Of a DNA stretch of 32,000 bases, positions 24,040-32,000 are shown one piece after another (positions within the stretch are counted from its first letter, which is position 1; each line of letters opens with the position of its first letter). The position numbers and the translations under genes are program-made. A model generated the notes under the pieces. It was not told where the DNA came from and ran no database searches. It saw only the letters and a list, made by a program, of their open reading frames with translations. This DNA comes from an archaeon (GTDB lineage: Archaea > Asgardarchaeota > Thorarchaeia > Thorarchaeales > Thorarchaeaceae), in assembly GCA_024275415.1 (NCBI GenBank), contig JAJRZD010000042.1:1-32000 (forward strand). Reading direction: 5' to 3'.

Positions 24040-24381
24040 CTACATCGGAGCTGATGTCAATACATACACCCGCTCTCTCGCGTCATCTTCATTCTCCTCT
24101 TCCACAATCAGTCCTAAATCCTTCAGTCTGCTAAGACCATAGTTGAACGTCCGAGGGGGAAGGAATGTGCTACTAATCAGATCTTGCCGGGACATCCGAC
24201 GCCGTGACTTAAGAAGCACGTAGATGAATTTCGATGACGGAGGAAGGCGTAAGAATGAGCGTTGGGCAAACGTGATCCCACCTGAGAGTTGTTGCCATAG
24301 TTTAACGTACCTCCGTGTGTTTTTGATAGCACTTGGGAAAACCTCTGATAAACTTTGGCATCTGTTCCAATGGTAAATCAT
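24040..24381 (-). CDS. Small archaeal wHTH regulator (LPPS-x-K family); start uncertain
   Basis: LRLPPSSKFIYVLL...MSRQDL...LPPRTFNYGLSRLKDLGLI...DARERVY. In-frame ATG at 24381 is only 37 nt from the divergent gene, while the RBS-preceded ATG at 24298 is out of frame. Confidence 0.7.
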   Translation of the reverse strand: MIYHWNRCQSLSEVFPSAIKNTRRYVKLWQQLSGGITFAQRSFLRLPPSSKFIYVLLKSRRRMSRQDLISSTFLPPRTFNYGLSRLKDLGLIVEEENEDDARERVYVLTSAPM

Positions 24382-24418
24382 AAGAGCGAGAGCACCCACT
24401 GAAGCATTGGTGAGGTTT

Positions 24419-25081
24419 ATGCAATACGAGAGATTGCAGCTTGCAATTGAGGGCCATAACAAGAGAGAGATGATGGCGACATTCTACAGGCAGAAGACCG
24501 ATACTGAACAGATAGCCATTGTTCTACCGGGGCTGCATTACAATTCAGATATGCCCCTGTTGTACTATTCCATAGGAGCCCTTCTGGAGGGCGGACACAA
24601 CGTACTGGATATCAAAACGGGCTATGCGGATCTGAAGGAATTCCAATCAATGCAGTCTGCTGACCGGTTGGAATGGATGCGCAAGGATGCTGAGGCAATC
24701 TATCGGACTATCGAGGAACTAGAGAACTGCTCAGTTTCAGTAATCATCGGAAAGTCGTTAGGAACAATTCTTATGGGACATTTGCTCAAGATACATGAGG
24801 GAGCGAAAAGGAGCAAGACATGCTGGCTTACGCCTCTCCTAAATCATGACTGGCTTCTTGAACAGATGCTTTCTCAAGAAGGACATTCGCTCATTGTGAT
24901 TGGAACTGCGGACCCATTCTATGATAACAATGCTATCAGAAGGCTGGAAGGACTGGACAAGTGTGATGTGCTGATAGTCACGGATGCAGACCATTCCATG
25001 AATGTGCCAGATGGCACAGTGGAATCAATTGAACACTTGAAGGCAATAATCAGCAGGATACGTGGTCTCGTGAAGACATAA
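24419..25081 (+). CDS. Alpha/beta-fold hydrolase
   Basis: VLPG-x2-Y, nucleophile elbow GKSLGT, GTADP (Asp), DADHSM (His). Start 24419 or 24470. Confidence 0.85.
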   Translation: MQYERLQLAIEGHNKREMMATFYRQKTDTEQIAIVLPGLHYNSDMPLLYYSIGALLEGGHNVLDIKTGYADLKEFQSMQSADRLEWMRKDAEAIYRTIEELENCSVSVIIGKSLGTILMGHLLKIHEGAKRSKTCWLTPLLNHDWLLEQMLSQEGHSLIVIGTADPFYDNNAIRRLEGLDKCDVLIVTDADHSMNVPDGTVESIEHLKAIISRIRGLVKT

Positions 25082-25231
25082 TCGCATTCTCATTCACATA
25101 GCGAACGAGAAATCTAGCACCATACACTCCCTATCGCTTAAATAGGATGGCAGTGGTATATTGGACACATCGGAACGTGGTTGCTAAGAGTTCCACATTT
25201 CGAGTAAATATAACCTGAAGGAGTTGCAAGA

Positions 25232-25552
25232 ATGGCAAACTTAAAAGAGATTAGTAAGTGGCTCGTCATTATCGGAGGTGTTGTTGGCCTACTACAGGGC
25301 ATACTTACAATCATCGGAGGATCGATCAGTCTGATCACTGTTCTTACGCTGAACCCACTTATCATGGGAATCATTGCGATACTGATATCGCTGGTCGTCC
25401 TTGCGACAAGTGGAGTTGTGAACATCCCCGCGTTGAAATTCGACAACAATTGGATAATATTACTGATTCTTGGAATCCTGCTTTTCGTCTTTGCAAGCGA
25501 TATTGCAGGGATTCTTGTGATAATCGGCGCGATTCTATTAGTGGTAGAATAA
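25232..25552 (+). CDS. Small 4-TM membrane protein (paralogue 1)
   Basis: Very hydrophobic, AAGGAG RBS; shares pattern with 27060-27419 and 27441-27809. Confidence 0.7.
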   Translation: MANLKEISKWLVIIGGVVGLLQGILTIIGGSISLITVLTLNPLIMGIIAILISLVVLATSGVVNIPALKFDNNWIILLILGILLFVFASDIAGILVIIGAILLVVE

Positions 25553-25627
25553 AACAAGACACTCATGCACACACTTGCTGAGCGGTCGCATGAGTGCCAT
25601 CTTCTTTCTTCTCAGTCTAGCGACGAG

Positions 25628-26986
25628 CTAGTGGATTTCCTCTGAGATTGCCCTATCAAGACGACGAATTGCCTCATCAATCTCGTCAGTTGTGATGATG
25701 TAGCTTGGAGTGAATCTGATCACGTTCTGTCCGGCACCGAGAATCCAAAGTTTCTGCTTCTGGACTGCATTCTTGATAATCCTGTCGCGCAGGGTTGTGG
25801 CCTTCCTTTTGTTCTCTCGATCGGTCACGAACTCGACGCCAATCATCAGTCCAAGCCCGCGCACATCACCGATCACCTCATGCTTCTCCATCAGCTCTTC
25901 AAGCTGCTTCATCATGTAGGCGCCTTTCTCAGCATTGCTCTTCAGGAACCCACTTTCCTCGATGTGTTTCAGTATCCAAAGTGCCAACAATGCCATCTTG
26001 GGTTCTGCCGAGAAGGTTTCAGAATGGCGAGAAGGCCCTGAATACATGGGTGCTGGACCGATTGAAGCGCCCATCGGATATCCGCCTCCAAGTGCCTTTG
26101 CCATGGAGATGTAATCAGGGACTACCCCATGGTGCTCAATGGCACACCATTTCCCAGTACGCCCCATTCCAGCCTGAACCTCATCAGAATGGAAGAAGGC
26201 ACCGTGGTCTTTGGCTATCTTATAGACGCCTTGCACAACATCAGACGGAGGAACGATGAGCCCACCTTCTCCAGACAATGGCTCCATGACCACAGCTGCT
26301 ATATCATTACCCTCGACTTGAAGGGCGTATTCCAATGTTTCGAGGATATGGTTCTTGTAATCATCATCGGTCATACCCTTGGGCTTTCGATACATGTAGG
26401 GATAGGGAACCCGAATGACATCAACACCTTGGGGGAATGTGTTCTTGTGTCTGAAATTGCTTGAGGTCAAAGAGAGAGCATACCCCGTCCGGCCGTGGAA
26501 CGCAGGACGAAAACTGACGAACCTTCGCTTGTTGGTAAGGTCTATCGCGGACTTCATACATCCTTCCACAGCACGCCCTCCCGACGTGGTGAACACGACT
26601 CTCTTCCTATGACTGCCAGGAGTAATCGAGGCGAGCTTTTCAGCCAAGAGTGTTTGGGGAATCGCATCAAAATCCATTCCGGGGAATTCATGGATGACAT
26701 CAGCAATCCGTCCTTCGAACTCCAATTGTGGTGCGTAACGAAGACCGAAAGCTCGTACTGCAACACCTCCAGTCAGGTCAAGGTACTTCGTGCCCTCAAC
26801 ATCATAGATATTGACTCCATCTCCACGGGTATGATCCAGACAGCCGTACACATCTCGATCTTGGGTTGTGAGAGCCAATGCTTCGGTTGCTCGTTTTACC
26901 CAGTACTTGTTGGTCATATTCTTGGGGGTAATATCAAAACCAAGTTCACGTAGAATCTGATAGTGCTTCTCGTCCATGAGTTTCAC
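25628..26986 (-). CDS. Class III PLP-dependent aminotransferase (GABA/ornithine/acetylornithine-AT-like)
   Basis: YLDLTGGVAV, FHGRT, MEPL-x-GEGG, DEVQAGMGRTG, MAKALGGG (PLP Lys), DVRGLGLM-x-GVEF, IRF-x-P. Confidence 0.92.
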   Translation of the reverse strand: MKLMDEKHYQILRELGFDITPKNMTNKYWVKRATEALALTTQDRDVYGCLDHTRGDGVNIYDVEGTKYLDLTGGVAVRAFGLRYAPQLEFEGRIADVIHEFPGMDFDAIPQTLLAEKLASITPGSHRKRVVFTTSGGRAVEGCMKSAIDLTNKRRFVSFRPAFHGRTGYALSLTSSNFRHKNTFPQGVDVIRVPYPYMYRKPKGMTDDDYKNHILETLEYALQVEGNDIAAVVMEPLSGEGGLIVPPSDVVQGVYKIAKDHGAFFHSDEVQAGMGRTGKWCAIEHHGVVPDYISMAKALGGGYPMGASIGPAPMYSGPSRHSETFSAEPKMALLALWILKHIEESGFLKSNAEKGAYMMKQLEELMEKHEVIGDVRGLGLMIGVEFVTDRENKRKATTLRDRIIKNAVQKQKLWILGAGQNVIRFTPSYIITTDEIDEAIRRLDRAISEEIH

Positions 26987-27059
26987 TGTCCCTTGAAAAG
27001 GCAGGCCTTGCAGCCAAGTCCCCCATTAATCTAATTTGTGATGCAGGCGTTTGTAAGGA

Positions 27060-27419
27060 CTAGAAAAGCATCAGAACCGCGCCGATAAGTACGAAGGTGC
27101 CTCCGAGGGTGCAGCCAAATATGTAGATTGCACCGCCCAACAAAAGGAACGCTAGGACATTCCGCCGTACACGTAGCAACGGGATTTTTACAATCCCAAA
27201 GGTGGTGAGCGTAATCAGAGAAAGAAGTATTTGTAGCACGCCAAGCAGGAGATTGGCGATGGCACCCAGAACCCTCCAGACATTCAGAAACGGAAGGAAT
27301 GAAACTGAAACACTGACATTTAGCAGGTAGAGAACACCAAAAATGAAAGAAACGATGGCCCCAAAGACAACCAGTACCTCCCCAACAAAGAAAGTGTCTG
27401 ATTTCTTTGCGGTGACCAT
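27060..27419 (-). CDS. Small 4-TM membrane protein (paralogue 2)
   Basis: VLVVFGAIV...LGVLQILLSL-x2-L-x2-FGIVKIP...LGG-x-FVLIGAVL. Confidence 0.7.
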   Translation of the reverse strand: MVTAKKSDTFFVGEVLVVFGAIVSFIFGVLYLLNVSVSVSFLPFLNVWRVLGAIANLLLGVLQILLSLITLTTFGIVKIPLLRVRRNVLAFLLLGGAIYIFGCTLGGTFVLIGAVLMLF

Positions 27420-27440
27420 CGAAACATCTCCGTGATTCGT

Positions 27441-27809
27441 CTATCCCTTGAGGATAAGCAACAGTCCAGCTAGAACAATCATGAGACCTGCGAGTGTTCC
27501 CAGACTCATCAGCCATGCGAGAATATTGAAGGATATTCCTCGTCCTACGATGAAAATGGCTATGAGTCCAAAGAGAGTGAGCAATGCCCCAGATCTTTGA
27601 ACCTTCCAGTGGATGAATCCGCATGCATCAAAGGATAGTAGCGTCATAAGAAGTAATGCGATGCCAAGAACAAAGTCAATCAGTGCGTTGAAATCCCCGC
27701 CAATGACCCCATTGACGGATGCGATCAGCATATTTATCGAGAATAGAAGAAGCACTATTCCTCCAAGCACAGTATAACCTTGCGCGGCACCTTCTGCTTT
27801 GCAGCCCAT
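27441..27809 (-). CDS. Small 4-TM membrane protein (paralogue 3)
   Basis: Start moved to ATG 27809; VLGGIV...LGIALLL-x-TLL-x4-CGFI...LAGLMIVLAGLL. Confidence 0.65.
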   Translation of the reverse strand: MGCKAEGAAQGYTVLGGIVLLLFSINMLIASVNGVIGGDFNALIDFVLGIALLLMTLLSFDACGFIHWKVQRSGALLTLFGLIAIFIVGRGISFNILAWLMSLGTLAGLMIVLAGLLLILKG

Positions 27810-27921
27810 ATTTATCAACCTCAAATAAAGTGGTGGGAGATTGGTCAAAAGGCGATAAATAACCTTCCCCACAGAGCTACCAGCGTAATACACAGGATTG
27901 TATTGGGATAGTCACTAATCC

Positions 27922-27938
27922 GGACTAGCAAATAGTCC
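27922..27938. promoter_or_regulatory. Palindrome GGACTA-N5-TAGTCC just before GTG 27942
   Basis: Read directly in a divergent intergenic region. Confidence 0.3.
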
Positions 27939-27941
27939 AAG

Positions 27942-28817
27942 GTGACCTTATTGAGATATTCAGACTATGATGGGCGACGGCAAGAGCGACCTGTGAGATT
28001 GGACAGAACTGAAGGGACGGTCATTATCGAAGGAAAGGCATATCCTGCAAAAGAGATAATCGAGGCCCTTGCACAATCTGGCTATTCGCAGATCAGGTCT
28101 AGCGGCGATGCATTGATACTGGGAAGGAAACGGATTGCACCTATATTCAAGTCCCCGAAGGAACGAGCAATGGCTTCACTTTGCCATGGCAGTCTTGCCT
28201 ATTGCTGTCCACTCACAAAACGATGCGCAGAAAGAGACAGGGCATTGGAGATAATTGGGCTCAGCGCAGATGAATATGAGCAGATGAAAGGCGAGTCGCA
28301 TATCAGGTTCTTGGACATGTCGGAAAGAGCTACATCACATCCCACCAGCTATGACTGGGGACGTCCCGCTCGTGAGAGAGTAATCAATAAGCCCGCCACA
28401 GATAGGGGGTATGGCTCAGATGACTACAGGAGAGATTACGACCAGTTGGAATCAGTTCTGGACTCGCGATATGCTCGTTCGACTGGCAGACCCGGTCAGA
28501 GGACATGGGAGAAAGAGCCTCACAGCGGACAGAGGGGAGGACTACACGAGTCTCAGCGTGGAGGTTCTTTCTTGACCGCCGGGCTTGGCGATGGTCTAAT
28601 GCAGCAAGCCATTCGAGGGAGGGATTCTGGGAACTCCTGCAGCATAAGGTCAGATGCGAAGGTGGAGGGACTCGGTTCACTTTTTGCGCAGGGTGAACTA
28701 AGCCCATTTGCAGATGAGAGCAAATGTGAAACGGATAGGCTTAGTTTCTGTTTCTCCTGTGGGAGGACATTCGACCCAAACACAAAGGTCTGTCCCTACT
28801 GTGGAGTGCCACAGTAG
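27942..28817 (+). CDS. Hypothetical protein with a methanogenesis-marker-9-like Cys module and C-terminal Zn ribbon
   Basis: CHGSLAYCC-x4-RC-x2-RD-x-AL-x3-GLS-x2-EY-x3-K (residues about 81-116); low-complexity R/G/S/D middle; CFSCG...CPYCG. Confidence 0.7.
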   Translation: MTLLRYSDYDGRRQERPVRLDRTEGTVIIEGKAYPAKEIIEALAQSGYSQIRSSGDALILGRKRIAPIFKSPKERAMASLCHGSLAYCCPLTKRCAERDRALEIIGLSADEYEQMKGESHIRFLDMSERATSHPTSYDWGRPARERVINKPATDRGYGSDDYRRDYDQLESVLDSRYARSTGRPGQRTWEKEPHSGQRGGLHESQRGGSFLTAGLGDGLMQQAIRGRDSGNSCSIRSDAKVEGLGSLFAQGELSPFADESKCETDRLSFCFSCGRTFDPNTKVCPYCGVPQ

Positions 28818-28829
28818 GACGCAAGTGTA

Positions 28830-29837
28830 TCAGTAATTGCCAATGGCTGCCTCTCGCCTACGAGAGTAGTCAGCAGGATAGTTGAAGGTAGTCACAATCC
28901 TTTCGATTCCAGCATCCCGTGCCAATTGTTTCAGCTCTTGTACTTGATCCATTGTTGTGACGCCCCATCTGAACAAGGATGCCCTACCACCTCGGCGAGT
29001 GAACTCGTTCGTGAAATACAGAGACTCTACAAGCTCGGTATAATCGCTCGTTCCTTTTTGAGGGAGTAATGGAGACCATGGAAAGAGGTTGATCAGAACA
29101 TTCCCTGTAATCTCACCTAGCTTTGCATAGTCATAGCCATATTCATTCTTTGCCCCTTCAGAGAGCCCTGTTTCAGGGTCAAGAAGAACTTCAACTGAAA
29201 GACGTAACGGGTCTTCACGTTCGGTTTGCTCGTCAATTTCTCTGGCGGCAGCTTGAAGCATCACAAGTCCTTCGTGGACTTTGTCGCTTCTCCATTTGTG
29301 CCACTTGTCGTGGTATTCTGGGTTCTCAATGATATATTGATATGTCAGTCGAGATGGTTCTTGATCGACCAGTGGTGCAAACTCCTTTCTGCAACGCTCA
29401 CAGAAACAGAAGTAATCTCTGATGAATCCGGTGCCAAAGAGCAGAATCTCGTCTATGGGGTAAGACCCAAGCTCCTTGATTATCTCAGAGCTGTATTCCC
29501 AGAAGTCATGACTGTTGGGGCAAATCTGATGTTCCATAGTCTGCCCAGAGGAGGTCATGCACTGGTACTTGGGATCTTTGGCGAACCATGCATCAGTATA
29601 GAGATCCATACCAATGACTCCGTTGATTCCTAGTGCATGAGTAAGTTCGACCCATTCCTCAAAAAATTGGACATTCTCCTTGTGAATTGGCGCAGTCCGG
29701 CTGGGATAGTTCGCATATCCGGTAGGACCCTTCCCCACAATGCCAACACTCTCCATATAGGATGCGTATGTGGAAAGGAAATCCTTTGCGGACATTTCAA
29801 CATCCTCAGGTTTCAACAATATGACCATCTTCTGCAT
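28830..29837 (-). CDS. Glycoside-hydrolase-like TIM-barrel protein (GHL6/GHL10/GH42-like) with CxCxxC site
   Basis: ICPN...IIKEL-x2-YPIDEILL...FCFCERCRKEF...WHKWR pattern. Start moved to ATG 29837. Confidence 0.55.
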   Translation of the reverse strand: MQKMVILLKPEDVEMSAKDFLSTYASYMESVGIVGKGPTGYANYPSRTAPIHKENVQFFEEWVELTHALGINGVIGMDLYTDAWFAKDPKYQCMTSSGQTMEHQICPNSHDFWEYSSEIIKELGSYPIDEILLFGTGFIRDYFCFCERCRKEFAPLVDQEPSRLTYQYIIENPEYHDKWHKWRSDKVHEGLVMLQAAAREIDEQTEREDPLRLSVEVLLDPETGLSEGAKNEYGYDYAKLGEITGNVLINLFPWSPLLPQKGTSDYTELVESLYFTNEFTRRGGRASLFRWGVTTMDQVQELKQLARDAGIERIVTTFNYPADYSRRREAAIGNY

Positions 29838-29959
29838 GAAGAACTCTCGATAGTTCAGTTTCATTTTTGGAGCCCCATCAAAGTGTACAAATTTCGCGGA
29901 TGTTACATAGCAGTTAGCTCAGCCTTCGCTAAAAGGATTTCTTCGGTGAAGTACATTCA

Positions 29960-32000
29960 CTAAAAGAACTGGTCAAGGGTGGTGAATCCCATGAGGCTCT
30001 CAAAACTCAGCCCTATTGCATCCAAAACTTGCCCGAATACAGACTTGAGAGTGTCTATGTACTTGTCCTTGTCAATCCAGTATGATCGCTCCTTGGCAAG
30101 TGAAACTGGGAGAACTCCATTATGATCCTTGGTCTTGATATATTCAATCAAAGACCCTGCATGGGGTTTCTCGCTAAGCATCCTAGCAGCACGGACATGC
30201 TGCGGCTGAACATCCCCATAACTTTCGAGTTCCTTTGTCAGTTGCACTCGAAACGCCAACTCCTCGGGCGTGTACGGCTCTGCTTTCCCCTCAAGGCGGT
30301 CGATGACTGTGTGAACAATCTTGCTGATTTCCTCACGTGCGGTTTCGAACCCTTCTGGACTGTCTACCTTCGCCAGAACGTCAAGCATCTCTCTGAAAGC
30401 ATTCTGCACGAATAGAGGCGTATTGCGTTTCTTCCCGCTTAGTCCCTTGACCTCTACGTATCCAGACTTGTATACTCCAATGTAATTCTTCTTCCTTTCT
30501 GAAAGAGCTACGTACTTGTAGGTCTTCTCCACCTCAAGGTCAATCCCAAGCTCGTCCCGTGACCACCGGACGAGCTCCTCTTGTTGTTCCTTCGAAGGAT
30601 TATCGAGGAATACAGAGTCAGTATCACCATATATCACTTTGACTCCCATTTGCTCTGCTTTTTCTTTAGTGCGAAGGATTGCATTCCGGCCATATGCAGT
30701 GACGCTCTCTGCCGCAGGCATACAGAATAATTCGAAGTGCTGTGCTCCTGTGACGCCGTAAGATGCGTTAACGAACACCTTTAGTGCTTTCTCCACGACC
30801 ACATACCAATTGCGAGTCTGTTCATCAAGGGACTTGTCCTTGCTTTTCCCCTTGAACCAGTTCACCCGAGTGTCCCTGAAGAACCCGATTGTTTCGCTAA
30901 TCATCCCCCTGTTCTTGATACATGTCCAGTGATTGGTTTCTGGAACGCGGTTGTGGGTAGCCTTCTTGCATTCGTCGTGGGGACAATCGACGGTTTCATA
31001 GCTGATATTATGTGTCTTCATAATCGTAGGGTATAGGCTTGCAAAGTCAAGTACGGTCGCATTGAAGTGGACTCCGGGCACAGGCTCGATGACGATGGCG
31101 CCCTTGAACGCCTTGTCTTTAATCATCGCCTCGGTCTGTGCAGAGCTTGATTTCAGCATCTGGATCTCATGTTGCTGAGGAATCAAGAAACCCCTTAAGC
31201 GGTGTTCCTGCCTGAACAGTGATTGTATCCAGCTAGATATTCCGAATCGGGTAACATCCTCCATGGACAATCGGGAGATACGCATCAGGAGAATGATCAA
31301 TCTCAGTAGCAGATTCTCATTATACTGAGTGATGCGCAGAGTGATTCGAGCATCCAGCCAACAATAATGTGCTAGCTCATAGTAAGGTAGATTATTGATG
31401 TTATCACTCAGACCCAGCTTCCCGATTCCCAGAAGACCTTGCCCGATGGACTCAAGACTGCTCCGCTCGTATGCACCGGATAACGCATATAGTCGGATTG
31501 ACGGGTTCTTGAGGAACCTGTACAGGTCGATGTGTATCCCGCCTTTCATCAGCGCGGTGTCTTGGTTATAGGACATACGAATCGGGCATTCATTATCCAT
31601 ACGTATGCCCAGGTTCTTCGCACGGTTGTAGAGGTATTTCAAATCGAAAGTGTCACCGACAAAGGTCAGAACAAGGGGGTACTTGTCAATCATTCGAAAG
31701 GCTTGGGTAATCATCTCCTTCTCATCATGGAAGAAGACAATTTCAAGCTCTTCGGGATAATCGGGCGTCTTCTCGCCCTTCGGGTGTCCATCACGACGTA
31801 AGACATAACACATGTTTAGACTCTCATTGTCAGAGAGACCAATTGCAGTAACAGGATGTTCTGCCTTAGCGGAATCGGGGATGCGATTCTTTTGGGGAGA
31901 ATACACCTCGATATCGATGGCAATCCTTCTGATATCAGGGACTTCAGTGAAGAACATCGGTGCGTATTGATTGATTATCCGTTCAAGCCCCGTAGGATCA
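29960..32000 (-). CDS. polB1: Family B DNA polymerase, PolB1 type (5' end outside the window)
   Basis: ExoI DIEVY, ExoII GDTFD, ExoIII YCWLDA; motif A DFASLYP, B KVFVNASYG, C YGDTDS; KKNY; KGLSGKKRNTP. The frame stays open from 31957 to the window edge. Confidence 0.93.
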   Translation of the reverse strand, partial: DPTGLERIINQYAPMFFTEVPDIRRIAIDIEVYSPQKNRIPDSAKAEHPVTAIGLSDNESLNMCYVLRRDGHPKGEKTPDYPEELEIVFFHDEKEMITQAFRMIDKYPLVLTFVGDTFDLKYLYNRAKNLGIRMDNECPIRMSYNQDTALMKGGIHIDLYRFLKNPSIRLYALSGAYERSSLESIGQGLLGIGKLGLSDNINNLPYYELAHYCWLDARITLRITQYNENLLLRLIILLMRISRLSMEDVTRFGISSWIQSLFRQEHRLRGFLIPQQHEIQMLKSSSAQTEAMIKDKAFKGAIVIEPVPGVHFNATVLDFASLYPTIMKTHNISYETVDCPHDECKKATHNRVPETNHWTCIKNRGMISETIGFFRDTRVNWFKGKSKDKSLDEQTRNWYVVVEKALKVFVNASYGVTGAQHFELFCMPAAESVTAYGRNAILRTKEKAEQMGVKVIYGDTDSVFLDNPSKEQQEELVRWSRDELGIDLEVEKTYKYVALSERKKNYIGVYKSGYVEVKGLSGKKRNTPLFVQNAFREMLDVLAKVDSPEGFETAREEISKIVHTVIDRLEGKAEPYTPEELAFRVQLTKELESYGDVQPQHVRAARMLSEKPHAGSLIEYIKTKDHNGVLPVSLAKERSYWIDKDKYIDTLKSVFGQVLDAIGLSFESLMGFTTLDQFF

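Noticed and set aside
29914-29960. Short inverted repeats (TTAGC/GCTAA, GTGAA/TTCAC) near the polB stop
   Set aside because: 5-bp arms are within chance expectation.
553-31801. Dozens of alternative-frame and antisense ORFs in the track (e.g. 1555-2016, 2802-3293, 6853-7383, 14584-14997, 20494-21033, 25795-26259, 27031-27624)
   Set aside because: They overlap well-supported genes, lack recognisable motifs and have the composition of shadow frames.
1-32000. tRNA, rRNA, CRISPR array, IS or prophage
   Set aside because: No cloverleaf or T-loop context, regularly spaced repeats, transposase or terminal repeats seen in any intergenic gap by eye; a tRNAscan/Infernal run would confirm.

Overview
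Compact archaeal chromosomal window, almost certainly from an Asgard archaeon. It looks Thorarchaeia-like, but that lineage call is inference. The basis is archaeal TFB, ArgRS, AspRS, DGGGP synthase and a PolB1-type polymerase, alongside eukaryotic-signature proteins. The centrepiece (16848-22092) is a five-gene ESCRT cluster with Vps2/24/46-class ESCRT-III, MIT-Vps4 and Vps25. It also holds two chimeric proteins. One has a Vps28-N-like hairpin fused to a Vps22/36 (EAP30) winged-helix module. The other is a 522-aa protein reading B-box-like Zn finger - coiled coil - PH/GRAM/GLUE-like - Pro/Tyr linker - Vps23-like steadiness box. Together they suggest an ESCRT-I/II/III/Vps4 chain wired by gene fusion, with no ubiquitin or UEV gene in this window. 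Other notable items are a longin-like protein, a Zn-ribbon-Yip1 protein and a lone methanogenesis-marker-9-like Cys module. There are also a triplicated small 4-TM family and clear operator palindromes, including a tandem TACT-N8-AGTA site before an ECF S-component. The rest is housekeeping: hypB, traB, nfo, a Trm11-like methyltransferase, tldD/tldE, a class III aminotransferase and polB (cut by the right edge). I saw no tRNA, rRNA, CRISPR array or mobile element. All family calls are motif recognition by eye; no searches were run.
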